Source of the DNA: Phoronis australis
Taxonomy: Eukaryota > Animalia > Phoronida
DNA length: 64,000 nt
Assembly: GCA_002633005.1 (NCBI GenBank)
Contig: NMRA01000003.1
Span: 2,504,916 to 2,568,915, forward strand
Reading direction: 5' to 3'
The position numbers and the translations under genes are program-made. Below the pieces are notes generated by a model, which saw nothing but the letters and a program-made list of their open reading frames with translations, was not told where the DNA came from and searched no databases. Numbering within the stretch: the stretch's first letter is position 1; each line of letters opens with the position of its first letter. This document shows, in pieces, positions 12,601-27,600 of the stretch.

Positions 12601-15600
12601 AGGTAATAACTGATTGCAGTTGGGAACCTGAAGACTTTCAGATTCAAGTCATAAACAACAAACCTAGGGTCAGTTCGTTCCTGTCAAAGAAGATCCTCAG
12701 TTCTGGGTTATGTCTTTGAAGGATGGCAAATAACTCAGTTGCATGCTCAGTATTACGATGACTGTAGGAAATGAAGACATCATACTTCATCTGTGAAACG
12801 TTGATTTCTTTGCAAGACTGGTCAGGACAGTGATCATCCATTAGACTGTTCAACATCTCTACAAATATCTTACATCCCGTTGATAGAGGTTCAAAGGAAT
12901 TGTTCAGAATCCTGCAAAATTATTTCACCATTGTAAAAATACAAGTGGTAAATCAAAAATCAAACGTACAATTTTTAACATAAATTCATTTTTTCAGTTG
13001 ATTTGATGAAGACATGCTGATTCAAGGCATGTGTTGTTCAGTAGACAGTCTGCAGTCTGCGCTGTACAGTAAATCTTTTAGCAATTTTAAATAATTTTAC
13101 TGATGTTTCTCAGTTACCAATGGATCTCACTTCAAAAAAAATGTTACATCATCCCCACATTTTTGCTAAATTATTACTTTTTCAAAATCTAAAATTAAAG
13201 AATTAGTACAAGTTACAGTCAATTAAACATAATACCAGTAGACTGAAGCGAATAGATCTTATCAGAGAAAACAGAAAACCATGAAGCAGTATTGACATTT
13301 ACCTGACATCAATGTACTGCACCATGCACATGTAGGTCAGTAGGACAGGGATGGTGTTAATAGGTCAACACATACCTGACATCAATGTACTGCACCATAC
13401 ACATGTAGGTCAGTAGGACAGGGATGGTGTTAATAGGTCAACACATACCTGACATCAATGTACTGCACCATACACATGTAGGTCGGTAGGGCAGGGATAG
13501 TATCCGTGTAGAAAGGTGCCAACATCTCACGCTTGGTTTTACGATCACAGCAGAGGGCAATATTAAACTGTTCCAGACATTCACTAGATTGCAGATAGGA
13601 TGGACTGAGAATAACCACGATCCTACAAGCAAATGAACTCCGACATTAGTTGATCAGATTTTCATATTAACAGTGGTGGTAAAGATAACCAGACAGGTTT
13701 ACAGTGGCGGCAAAGTTAATCAGAGAAAAAGCAGACGTGTAAATTATTAGTTGGAAGTTCTCTGGTTATAAAATGCTAAACTGCCAATGTCACGTATTTT
13801 GCGGACCAATCATTCTGTGCAGAAGACTGCATAAGGAACAAAGTTAACATACATGATAAAGACTCACAACGTCTAACAAGTGAAATTTCATTTTCCATTC
13901 AAATTTCACTGCATTCCTTGGGGGTATTGAGATTACTCTGATAACTGGGGGTGTACACATGTCAAATTGGCCCATTGTGTTGCTGAGGCAGGTTATGACA
14001 CAATTGAGGTTGGTACATATCAAAAAAAAACGAACAGAAGTTGCAATGCACATTTAAATTTCTCTTTTCTTCTCCAGTAGTTATCTGATTTTTGCCATTC
14101 AAATAATGAAAACTTAGGTCAATTTTTAATGACATATTAATTTGGTTTTTATAGTTTGAAGTGTCTGAAATGGCTGGTAAAGAAAGTCGCTACCAACAGG
14201 CACCATGCAGTTATTACCAACACCAATCCCTGTTCCCTAATCCTCAAACAAAAGAACAGGTCATCTAAGTCCTGACACTGTAGTAAGTGCCTGTTGTAAT
14301 CACAACTGGTAAAAAGCATTCATAGTTGCCTACAAGGTCACTAGAAAGTATATAAAAATAATTGCAGGCACTCTGATACACGTTGTACCAGATGTGCACA
14401 GGCCGCTCATGTGGGCCCATTGTACTGATCACCTGAAACCTCTTTAATGCTTTATTAAAATATCGATAAAACCGAGCTGAGATGCTACAGGCCTGACTCA
14501 AGGGTATAGCACTGTGCCCCAGTGGGACTTGAACCCACGACCTTGAGAAAAGGAAGTGGACACTTATCCCACTAGGCGGCACTGCCTCTTTATTACAATG
14601 TACTGCCAGGTAGGCTTTTATCGTTTTTAGGTTCTAGCTAAGATTAGTTTTAAAACAAATTAATATTAAGTTTTAAACATTTCTTCACAGATGTCTCATG
14701 ACGGCGTTCTGTCATTCAGCAACTTTTCCAGACATGAGGGGTTCTGAATGTGCGATAACAACTGGCTCCTTTGTTAAGTGCCCAGCTCAGTCTTTTGCCA
14801 AGTATGACAACAAGCAGGCCAATTATCTCCCAGGCTTCAAAGGGTTACTGAAACCTGGCAGAATGGATTGTCTTAACTTCTATTGCAGCTGGGCGATTTT
14901 GGCGATTCAAAAACTAAACATGGTCAGCATTTGACAAGGAATTCTGAAATGCTATTGGTTTATGTTCAATTACGTTATAACTTAACTTTCATTTTTAGCA
15001 GCATAGCCCAGTCACGCTAGATACGATATGATCGGAAATTAGAGCAATTATTGAACAAAAGAGAGCCGGCCCTCCAACAATAAATGCCAGAATGGAGTTA
15101 ATCAGTCGTGTAAGATACTGGCTACAGGGGTGATCTTCCCAACTTGTTGGGCAATAGGATCGAACAAGTTGGGAGCAATGGGAAAACGCCGTAATGTGAT
15201 CAGACCACACTAACAAGCATTTTGACGTGCCTTTACTTTTAAAACGAAGAGCAGGTTTGAACGCATGTAGTCTAGACTTTACAGTAAAAAAATAAGAAGT
15301 TCCAAGTTATTTAGACAAAGTTCATTACAACACGTCTTACTTAGCACATGAAATCATGACGTTGTAAATCATTTCCTGAAAAGTGTCTTCTTCTTTGACA
15401 GGTAAATGATCTGAGAAGATCTTGATGTCCTGCTTCTCTTGTCTCAACATCTCCATCACCTCAGTGGCCTTGACCTCATCCTGTGGACAGTAGGACAGGT
15501 ATACATCATGGACAATGGGAGGGTCCTGTAAACAGAAAAATATGTGTACATTGTGGACAATGGCAGGGTCTTGAAAACAGACAAGTAAGCATACACCATG

Positions 15601-18600
15601 GACAATGGGAGGGTCCTGTAAACAGACAAACATGTGTACACCGTGGACAATGGAGGAGGTCCTGTAAACAGACAGATAAGTGTACATCATGGACGATGAC
15701 AGGGTCTTACAAACAGACAAACATGTGTACACCAAGGACAATTAGAGGGTCCTGTAAACAGACAAACATGTGTACATCGTGTACATTTGACAGGGTCTTG
15801 TAAACAAGGACGGCTACATCATGGACAATGGCAAGGTCCTGTAAACAAGGATGTTTGTATCATAGACAGTGAAAGGTTGACGTAAATAAGATCACTCATT
15901 GCAATCATTCAAATTGCTCTCAGTAATGCCAATTTCGTAAACGACTATTGAAGAGACAAAAATCTTCAACGGCAAACAATTTGATATTAAATGAAATAAG
16001 TGGCGTGTATATTGCATAAATTATAGTTACAAAACATTTTGATGATATGACAGCTTACCTTGAAATCACTTTTTAGAGATTCCCATTTTGTCTTGAGATC
16101 ACTGAATAATTTGATGAGTCTGATATTCTCTTCATAAATAACTATCTTCAGACATGTGAGAGGTAGACCATGTCTGATCCAATTGGCAGCAGCATTTACC
16201 ATGCCAGACAACATGACATCTGGTGAGAAACGCTGAAAGAGTAATAATTAGCTGCAGTCATCCTGTAGGCGATAAACTTGAAAATGGATTTCATTATTAA
16301 GGTTATGTGCAATCTCATTGACAAGTCTGGGCAGTTCACCAAATATTTACAAAACGATAGAATTATAGCATTTAACTCAACAAAAATATGTTTTCTGAAA
16401 GTAGAAAGCCGACAGGGTTTTATTTTTGGCTTTTAACTATACCAGTTTACAGAATTGGTCATGTTTTAAACAACACTTAGCAAAAACAAGGTGTATTCAT
16501 ACCAAAACATCGATATTAATAGCACGACCAAAGTTGCCACTGACGTAAATGTTCAAAATGAAATCTAACCAATCTCTTAGTTTTCTTATTACAATGATCC
16601 TTTTATTTAACACAACTTTTGAGATTTTCATAATAATCCTAAAAGTCCCAATTTAAAACCAATTCCTTACAGAGTTTTGGAGAACGGCCACCTCTGAGAT
16701 ATGACATTCCAAAATCAGCTAAATCTGGACATTTTTCTACGGTTCCACATTTACCTCAAACTAAAAACAAACGTAATTGCCAAAGACTTAAAACTTAATA
16801 TCTGGACCTATGCCACACAAATATTTGCTTTATTAAATTAATGAAGTCAGACTTCTTCATTATGATCAATGGAGGTCCTCAATCCAACTATTTTATAAAA
16901 GGGTTGAGATTTGAATGATTGTCTACCTGTTGTGACAAGATTAATTGACCAAACACTACTACCAAGTACTTTGCTCATCAGGGTTTGTTCTTGACAACTT
17001 TTTGTAAGCACTAAAAGCTTGAGAATTGCATTAAGTTTTTTGGAGTAAGATGTACCTTAGTTTACACAGGATTACTTAGCGACCATGTACGCAAACATGG
17101 ATTTTTCACTCAAAAAATTTCACAGTCCATCGGCCCACTTCCATTTACCCAATAAGTGGGAGTACCTAATAGCTCACAATAGAAGCTAGATTTAATAGAA
17201 ACTAACATCATACCATGCTAAACAATTGCAAAATGTCATTCTTTAAATAAAAATAATATGTTACCTGTTCTCCTGCAGCTAACAGAGGTGTTATGACTGT
17301 GCTTTCTTGGTTGTTAAAGGCAGGAAACATTGCTCTGAACACCTCACTCACTAGACGAGATGGGTGACCCACCTCACTGGACGGCCTCTCAAAACACAGC
17401 AATCGCCTGTTAAACGGTATGTGCAATGGTCTTAACAAACATCAAAGTTAAGCGTATTCCAGACATCAATTCTCACATTCCGGATTCAACGCTCCTCTTT
17501 TGTGGAGGTACAAAAATGCATTACATGATTAACATAGTTTTCAAAATGCAGGGCCGTTAACACTACTTCTTAACCTAGATGGACACGTGAAGAACATTTT
17601 ATCATACCTCACCTCGCTTTTCACTGTTTTTTATATCTGCATTGCAACTCAGTATGCAATTTGTAAAAACTTTATTGCGATCAGAATGACAATGACTAAC
17701 TAATCTCAATGCAAAACAGTTATTAGTACGGCAGCATTCTACAACTGGGAGAATGCGCACTACGGATGCACAGCATTGTGGGTAAATATCACAGAATCAG
17801 AGAGGACACAGTGGTAATCCAGGAAGTGACCATTACAATTCTACAGATATATCCATTTTGCAAATAGTCATCAAAAGCAAGATTGTGTCATGCATTAAAT
17901 TGTTCATGGTTGTAGCCAACCAATATTTCATTAACCTCGACAGTACTTATAATAATTATGGATCATGATTGGGAGCAATCTTCAGAAAAATAATGACTGT
18001 CAAGACTCATGTACACGTATCTAAAAAAACTAGTTATTTTTCAAAGTTCCTATAGATGAAATTCATCATCATATTTTTGTTAATGCAGATTGAGAAGGAA
18101 CTGAAAAATGTACATGTCAACATTTGAGACAAGATGCTGAATTGCAATTAAACAATTATTTGAAACTACTCCATTGAGTTTTAATCACTCTGGGCTTGGC
18201 AATTCAAAATCCATATGGGGTAACAAACAATCATTTTTTCCAGCCAGGACCAAAAATCATCTATTAAGCTATGTTTACTTACAAAGGCCAACTAGGACAG
18301 TTGTATATAACAAAGAGCAAGGAACACAAAGAACCACTTTCACTGACCCTGTAAGTCAATTTCAAAAAACCTATTGTGTGGGAACACCACCTATGATTTT
18401 CAAGCCATCCACAAAATTCTAAGCCACTGTGTAGACCAGTTTCCCTCTCCAAACCCAAAATTATTTGCACTGAATAAGAATTACATTGACTACCTGAAGG
18501 GCACATTATTAGGCAGTGGTTTGGACCACCAACAACAGAAGTTCTTGACTAAATCCTCCTCTTTATGGCGGGAGAGTTCTTTAACACTGATGTTGAGCTT

Positions 18601-21600
18601 GTGTTTAAGAGCACCAATGACGGAGGTTGGCGAAGGAGCATAGTCACCTGGGAAAGAAATCATTGACAGGATTCTTAAGAAAAAGAAATAAATACGTTTG
18701 CAAGTTTAAAAATGTGTTCAAGTTAAGTTGGGTGTTTCAGTGCACCTTGCACCACCTATACTGGTCACATGTTCAAGTTAAACTGGAGGTCTCAGTGCAC
18801 CTTATACTATCATGACTGGTCAAATGTTCAAGTTAAACTTGCTTTCAGTGTACCTTATACCACTTTTATTGCTCACATGTTCAAGTTAAACTTGATGTTT
18901 CAGACGAGTGCACCTTATACCATTTTTATTGGTCACATATTTAAGTTAAGCTTGGTGTTTCAATGAATCTTACACCACCTTTACTGGTCACATGTTCAAG
19001 ACATTAGTTTGGTGCTTCAGTGCACCTCATACCACTGCTCACATGTTACACTAAGCTTGGTGTTTCAATGAATCTTACACACCACCTTTACTGGTCACAT
19101 GTTCAAGACATTAGTTTGGTGCTTCAGTGCACCTCATACCACTGCTCACATGTTACACTAAGCTTGGTGTTTCAATGAATCTTACACACCACCTTTACTG
19201 GTGTCATGTTCAAGACATTAGTTTGGTGCTTCAGTGTACCTTATACCACTGGTCCCATGTTACACTTAAGCTTGGTGTTTCAGTGAATCTTATACCACCT
19301 TTGTTGGTCACATGTTCAAGCTCTCAGCAGCATAGATTTCGCAATACAATCTCGAGAATACACTAAAGTACAGATTTAGGGTTGGGGGTCAGTTGCTCGG
19401 TTGCATGCAACAGTCCTAAATAGGACTCAACTGTGTTCCCAACTTGTCACATTTCAGAAAATTGTAAAATCACTGGTTGTTCTTTCTAATGCTGTTTTAT
19501 CTTGGTTTCCAAGTCACTTATTAGCTTAAATACACGTCAAGAATAAACTCTGTTCAACTCTCAATGGGGCTTTTTCATGCAATGCCCTAATTTAAGGACT
19601 AAATTCCTATTTATTTTTATTGAAATAAGGGCTCATTTTTCAGATATATCTCTGACTGTAGGAAACGTCTTTAATCAAAGATTAGCTTTCCTAAATTTTC
19701 TTCACGTTTGTGCCTTTTTTAATTAAAAATTCATGTTTTTCTATTAATATAAAAATTTGTTACTATGAGATCCTCGGCACAAACACAGAAAAAAATTAGG
19801 GAACTCACTCAGTCTTAAACTCAAATTCTCCAAATAGTACAGACAAATTTTTTAATCAGACTTCTATATGCATTAAACACATGATTGACAGTACTTGTCT
19901 ACATCGCTAGTCATGTGAGGGACAAGTATCAATCATGACTTTTAAATTTTAGTTCGTGGAAGAATACAGTACGCAATAGTCCTGTCTGTTTAATTAAATG
20001 GTAGGGTAATCTCTGTCTTGTTCACATGACAACTGCTCAGACAAAAGTCTGTAAGACTGTGCTCACTAATCACCTTAGTTGGAAGCATACCCTAATGATG
20101 ACAACAAATAATTGGGGAATTAGACAAGAACATGTCAGATTTATGAAGAGCATGCGTCCATCAGAAGCACGAACACAAATGCCTTAGGTTTAAACGTAGG
20201 ACCTTATTGGCAAGTCTGTGAATTAAAAATTAATACTGAAACAGCACACATTCTCTGAAAGTACAAAGCTTGTAGACTTTTCATCTCTAACTTTACGCAA
20301 ATCTATTATTAATTAGGACACATAACCACATCTTTCAGTAAAATTTTGCAAAAAAAGGAAGGCAAATTCAAAGCAAAGCAACGGTATCAATGACATAGCC
20401 AAAATTCATTTGTTAAAAATATTCTAAAAATGAAATATCAAAACCACTGTTACAGATTTCTAAAATGTTTTGTTTTAGTTATATGCAATTTTTTTCCAAA
20501 AAAATCATGAGTCTCATTTTGATTACCCCTTGTGCAATAGCAGTAAATGCCGTATTGGGGAACAGTGTATAAATCCTAGTATCCGAAAGCTTTGTACAAA
20601 TCCAATCAGTCATTTCTAAGATACGAGGTTCCAACGTTAGCCTAATTTGGGCATTTTATAGGGTCCCACATAACCTTAAGCACACAGCAGTGGCAATATG
20701 CCAGATAATGGTAACAATGGTGGCCATTTTGTAAAATAGCACAGAGCCAATGTTGTTCCAATTCATGACCTCGGTGATTACAAAAGAAAATGATGTATTA
20801 AAACAACAAAAATATGATATCTCTCCTATTTAGTGCGAGAGAGAGTGTGGTGGTCAAACCAAAAGGTTCAAAAAACCTTCCGAGTCTTGATAGCTTGGGC
20901 ATAAGACAGACTGGCAAACTTGAAAACTTCCTTCACGAAGATCCATAACGGGGGCTCTCGTGCTTTTAACTCAGGTGCTTGGTGCAGTGGGCCCAATCAT
21001 AAGGCCTGCACACGTCTGATGCACCGCAAATGAGATCAGGCCACCTGATCAGCACTCAATGAGGTGGCCAAACTTATCACCAAACGTAAACTTTAAGAAA
21101 ATTCTGTATAGTTTGAATTGCAAAGCGATCATCAACTGAAAACATATAGCAATTTATATTGAGTCCTTGCAAAATGGAAAGTGGCAACTTCCACTATTCT
21201 TCTTTAGTGAAAGAACTTAAAAATGACCACCAGAGGTCGGCTGTAGTGTACCTGCTCTGAATGATTAACACCATAGCAAAATCCGTTGATCCACGAGAAT
21301 CCCACAGCTACGAAATAATTTGTGATAGTTTGTTGAAAGACTAGTGATTAGCCCTACACTTGTAACTGGTTGTGGAAGTTTGTTGAAAGACTAGTGATTA
21401 GCCCTACACTTGTAACTGGTTGTGGTAGTTTGTTGAAAGACTAGTGATTAGCCCTACACTTGTAACTGGTTGTGGTAGTTTGTTGAAAGACTAGTGATTA
21501 GCCCTACACTTGTAACTGGTTGTGGTAGTTTGTTGAAAGACTAGTGATTAGCCCTACACTTGTAACTGGTTGTGGTAGTTTGTTGAAAGACTAGTGATTA

Positions 21601-24600
21601 GCCCTACACTTGTAACTGGTTGTGGTAGTTTGTTGAAAGACTAGTGATTAGCCCTACACTTGTAACTGGTTGTGGTAGTTTGTTGAAAGACTAGTGATTA
21701 GCCCTACACTTGTAACTGGTTGTGGTAGTTTGTTGAAAGACTAGTGATTAGCCCTACACTTGTAACTGGTTGTGGTAGTTTGTTGAAAGACTAGTGATTA
21801 GCCCTACACTTGTAACTGGTTGTGGTAGTTTGTTGAAAGACTAGTGATTAGCCCTACACTTGTAACTGGTTGNNNNNNNNNNNNNNNNNNNNNNNNNNNN
21901 NNNNNNNNNNNNNNNNNNNNNNNNNNNNNNNNNNNNNNNNNNNNNNNNNNNNNNNNNNNNNNNNNNNNNNNNNNNNNNNNNNNNNNNNNNNNNNNNNNNN
22001 NNNNNNNNNNNNNNNNNNNNNNNNNNNNNNNNNNNNNNNNNNNNNNNNNNNNNNNNNNNNNNNNCGAGAATACACTTAGTACAGATTTAGGGGTGCGGGT
22101 CAGTTGCTCGGTTGCATGCAACAGTCCTAAATAGGGCTCAACTGTGTTCCCAACTTGTCACATTTCAGAAAATTGTAAAATCACAGGTTGTTCTTTCTAA
22201 TGCTGTTTTATCTTGGTTTCCAAGTCACTTATTAGCTTAAATACACATCAAGAATAAACTCTGTTAAACTCTCAATATTATTGAAAATAAAGAGGGGATT
22301 TTTCATGCAATGCCCTAATTTAAGGACTAAATTCACATTTATTTTCATTGAAATAAGGGCTCATTTCTCAGATATATCTCTGACTGTAGGAAACGTCTTT
22401 AATCAAAGATTAGCTTGCTTAATTTTCTTTACGTTGTCTTTTTTAATTAAAAATTCATGTTTTTCTATTAATATAAAAATTTGTTACTATGAGATCCTCA
22501 GCACAAACACGGAAAAAAATTAGGGAACTCACTCAGTCTTAAACTCATATTCTCCAAATAGTACAGACAATTTTTTTAATCAGACAGACTTCTACATGCA
22601 TTAAACACATGATTGACAGTACTTGTCTACATCGCTAGTCATACGAGGGACAAGAATCAAACATGACTTTTAAATTTTAGTTAGTGGAAGAATACAGTAT
22701 GCAATACTCCTGTCTGTTTAATTAAATGGTAGGGTAATCTCTGTCTTGTTCACATGACAACTGCCCAGACGATAGTCTGTAAGACTGTGCTCACTAATCA
22801 CCTTAGTTGGAAGCATACCCTAATGATGACAACAAATAATTGGGGAATTAGACAAGAACATGTCAGATTTATGAAGAGGATGCGTCCATCAGAAGAATGA
22901 ACACAAATGTCTTAGGTTTAAACGTAGGACCTTATTGGGAAGTCTGTGAATCAAAAATTAATACTGAAACAGCACACATTCTCTGAAAGTACAAAGCTTG
23001 TAGACTTTTCATCTCAAACTTTACGCAAATCTATTATTAATTGGGTCACATAACCACATCTTTTAGTAAAATTTTGCAAAAAAGGAAGGCAAATTCAAAG
23101 GAAAGCAACGGTATCAATAAAATAACCAAAATTCATTTGTTAAAATGTTCTAAAAATGAAATATCAAAACCACTGTTACAGATTTCTAAAATGTTTTGTT
23201 TTGGTAAAATGCAATTTTTTTCCAAAAAAAATCATGTCTCATTTTGATTACCCCTTGTGCAATAGAGGAAAATGCCAACGTTTTAGAGAACAGTGTATAA
23301 ATCCTAGTATCCGAAAGCTTTGTACAAATCCAATCAGTCATTTCTAAGATATGAGGTTCCAACGTTAGCCTAATTTGAGCATTTTCTAGGGTCCCACATA
23401 ACCTTAAGCACACAGCAGTGGCAATATTCCAGATAATGGTAACAATGGTGGCCATTTTGTAAAATGACACAGAGCCAATGTTGTTCCAATTCATGACCTC
23501 GGTGATTACAAAAGAAAATGATGTATTAAAACAACAAAAATATGATATCTCTCCTATTTAGTGCGAGAGAGAGTGAGGTGGTCAAACCAAAAGGTTCAAA
23601 AAACCTTCTGAGTCTTGATAGCTTGGGCATAAGACAGACTGGCAAACTTGAAAACTTCCTTCACGAAGATCCATAACGGGGCTCTCGTGCTTTTAACTCA
23701 GGTGCTTGGTGCAGTGGGCCTAATCATAAGGCCTGCACACGTCTGATGCACCGCAAATGAGATCAGGCCACCTGCACTGTTTTTTTAATCAGCACTCAAT
23801 GAGGTGGCCAAACTTATCACCAAACGTAAACTTTAAGAAAATTCTGTATAGTTCGAATTGCAAAGCGATCATCAACTGAAAACATATAGCAATTTATATT
23901 GAGTCCCTGCAGAATTGAAAGTGGCAACTTTCACTATTCTTCTTTAGTGAAAGAACTTAAAAATGACCACCAGAGGTCGGCTGTAGTGTACCTGCTCTGA
24001 ATGATTAACACCATAACAAAATCCGTTGATCCACGAGAATCCCACAGCTACGAAATAATTTGTGATAGTTTGTTGAAAGACTAGTGATTAGCCCTACACT
24101 TGTAACTGGTTGTGGTAGTTTGTTGAAAGACTAGTGATTAGCCCTACACTTGTAACTGGTTGTGGTAGTTTGTTGAAAGACTAGTGATTAGCCCTACACT
24201 TGTAACTGGTTGCCTGACAATAAAATACAATCAATCGAAGTGACTAAAAACCTCACCACTTATCAAGTACATAGTGCATTTTGAATAAGATAAATGCCAA
24301 TGGACAGAAAACTTTGTGATTGCTGGTTATATAGCATAAGCTTGCATTCAGATTATGTAGGGCCTATATTGACAACTCTGTACTCACCCAAATATCTACA
24401 AAACTATAGATGTTAACTCTGTCAGTAAAAATATCTGAATTTAGAAAGTTTGCAGAATTTGATTTTTATCTTAATACCAATAAGTCATTAATGGGGTCAC
24501 AGGACTATACACTTTTTAGTGAAATTAAGAAAAAATAAAGTTAACTCATAGCAAAACAACAGTGACAATATCACGTCCAAATTTAATTTGATATGAACAT

Positions 24601-27600
24601 TCAAAATGAATCTCAAAAACCCTGTTACCATTGTCTGAATTATCTTTTAGTTCTCGTTTTATACATAACTTTATTATTGAGTTTTTCAAGAAGACTTATT
24701 TTTTGATAGCCCCTCATTTAAACGTGGAACATTTTGGAAACAATCCCTGACAACATATTAGAGAACAGTGCACAAGGCAAACAATCTGAGAGCTTTGTAT
24801 GAATCCAATCAGCCATTATGAGAAAACAATGAAGTTCGAGAGTTCCCCAAGGGTTTAGTACTTAAGTGATCATTTTTTCATTCTCCCATAACATCTAAAT
24901 TTGTATCTCTCATGAGAAATCCTGATACCTCACTTAAAATTCACCTACCAAGCTCTCAAGCATCACAATTAACTATCCAGTCTTTAATGCACCTGACAAT
25001 GCACTATCTAGTATGTGTTATACTTTGAGCCAATGGCCATATGTAAATATATCAATAAAGAATGCTCGAATTTGGACGTTTTTTAAGGTCCTACTAGTAC
25101 ATACATAACCTTTGTAGATTCAGGCACACAATGAATGCAATTACACGGTAATACAAACTGAAATTTAGAAATACACCTGACATTAAAAACATTACCTACA
25201 TGTTCAATAGAATAAAAACAAAATCAGCACTGAACAATAACGGCATTAAACTAAACAAAAATATTGGCCAACACGGCACATTAATCTTTAAGTCAGGCAA
25301 GACGGTTACCCGGTAAGACAATTTTTTTCTGATTTAGTACGCTAGACTACACTAGTATAAAATTTACAACCCTCAAGACCACCACTGAATGTAAAAATCT
25401 GATCTGTTATAGCATCATGTGTTGACAAGATAGCAGTCTCATCATTTGGTTCCATCCTATCACAGCCAAGATATGGCACAATGCGTTTTATTGATTTCCA
25501 AGTCCACAGCAGCATGAAATGGAACACTAATGCGGCCAATTCACAGAATCTACTACCACTAAGAACAATAGGTTAACAGTCCAATAAATAATTCTCAGTT
25601 TCCAGCCTTAAATTAGTTCAAAACCCTTTACAAACTATAACAGTTCTTTGTAGTTGCAATAATCTTTCATTGAGGAATTACAAAATAAGGATTTTCTTCT
25701 TTTATTAGTATGGCAAATAAGTTGAAGAAAGAACATCAATTGAAAGCAGCTTTCATACAGACTATAATGTTGATAAAGACAAGCTTTTAGCCAAAGTTGT
25801 AAAATGTAGAAACGCTGTTTCATCTTAGGAACAGTAGTAGTGGGGTCCATTGTATCTAAGATTCATAACGATAAGTAGATAGAATCAAAAGTTTTTTGTG
25901 AAGGAAGACAGGTTTGTTGATGCTTTAACGGATAACTGCAGTAAAGCTTACTACTGATATTATAACAAAAAGTATTACCAGAAATGGAGTGAATAAAATA
26001 TTATACAAGACAAAAGACAGTGTGTGATTTAGCACATTTCAACATATAAAAACAAAACTTTTAAGGCCCTCTGGGTTGGGTAAATACTTGTTGAATCAAC
26101 AGTTCTGTAAATAGCACTGATACACTATAAGTGTAACAATTTCCTAAAATGTAACAACTGTTACATTTTACATTGCTAAGAATCTCCTGAAATGTAACAA
26201 GTTGATATATTTTCTGTAATTGCTACATTTTACTGGAATGCACATGTCAGGAATGTACTATTGTTACATTTTACCAAACCAATGCCATATCACAAAGTAA
26301 ATGATCAAAATTACAAGCAAGTGGTATCTCAGATACGTCCGAATGTACTCGAGTAGTTTCGGATAAGTACTGCCGCCCAAAATTTGGATATCTACCCATT
26401 TACAGAGTGAGCTCGGACAAAAAGTGACCCATTTAGGGCATAACGTTAAATCGTCGTGAGAGACCATCTGGAGTTGGTATATGGTGCAACTCCGGACGGT
26501 CTGGGATCAACAGAAAACCACAGTTCAGCTATGAGTCTACACCAATGTGACAAAACGAGAGTAATTCTACTTGCTGCGTACAGCTGCAGGTATGCTTATC
26601 TCTTTTATCACACAATGTGTGACTGGACAAAGCGTTTTTAAAATAATGTGGATAAATCAGTGGAGTGTGAGACCCCTGAGGTCCCAGTCAATTCCTCACG
26701 ACAATTCTACATAATGGAGTAATTTTGTGTAAAAATTTGCATTTTCGCGTAGTTTTGTTCCAGAAATTCAGAAAAGGCACCCTTTCAGATAGTATTTTGT
26801 TGAAAATGGCACCATAATGCATCATGGTCCTCAAAAAATCTTAAACTCATCTTATTTATGGATCAACGTTTTCACCGGGCTTCCCATAATGGACAGAGAG
26901 TGTTGTTTCGTAAGGATTTTAAAGGGGTTCCTTGGTTCCACCTTAACGATATTGTGAGATTCGTCTTGACAGCTGTGGATGCAGAGTAGACCTACTTTTT
27001 GGAAACGAGGAGGTTGAGATTTTAAAACTTGTTTAGACATGCACCAACTTCAAAAATTGATTGTTTCTGACCTATGGGCAAGCACATTGTTTGTGATACA
27101 AATACATCCTTCCATAGTTTCCCACGAAAGACTGAATTCAGAGTAATCTTCTACTAGCGACAAACATGTCAAAGTGATAAACTCACTGTGTTATCATCTT
27201 TGTCTCTTGTTGAAAACATTCCTTTTAACTTCAAAAACTGGGGCTCGTTCCACTATGAATAGTTCCGGGAGTGCAATTTACAGAAAACAATATCACATAG
27301 TCGTATTGCACTCAAATTATTCAACGCGTATGGGATAATGAACAATCCCCTCGGTTTACGTCCGATTCTTTGTGCGTAACGCAATGGAGAACTTCACTTG
27401 TGGAACTCTTTTTTGACAGAATCCCTTCATCCATAGTTTTACAAAACTGGTTAAAAATACGACACTGTTGATGGTTAAGTAGCTTGAATATGAGCAAGTC
27501 TGCATCAAGCTAAAGTAGTCAAACGTCCACACTCGTGTTTTAACTAATCTACAGAAATCAAGATGTCCAATGTTACAATGAAATCGCGCCAGGTTCTTTG

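Larger units (their letters stand above)
19353..24212 (+). repeat. ~2-kb direct duplication (19353-21320 vs 22065-24060), each copy followed by a 50-bp tandem array, spanning the N gap
   Basis: Both copies begin cgagaatacact..gtacagatttaggg and align throughout with scattered substitutions and small indels. Confidence 0.9.

Noticed and set aside
14500-14588. tRNA gene
   Set aside because: A/B boxes are present but acceptor and anticodon stems do not pair; better explained as a SINE head.
14995-15216. Similar ORFs at 14995-15216 and 53531-53740 ([19 protein letters not shown]) as a small gene family
   Set aside because: Both lie within copies of MITE family 1; similarity is at DNA level and the frames are not preserved beyond it.
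21321-21872. Regular repeat array as a CRISPR
   Set aside because: Contiguous identical 50-bp units without unique spacers, eukaryotic context, no cas genes.
21804-22134. ORFs with X runs
   Set aside because: Artefacts of the N gap.
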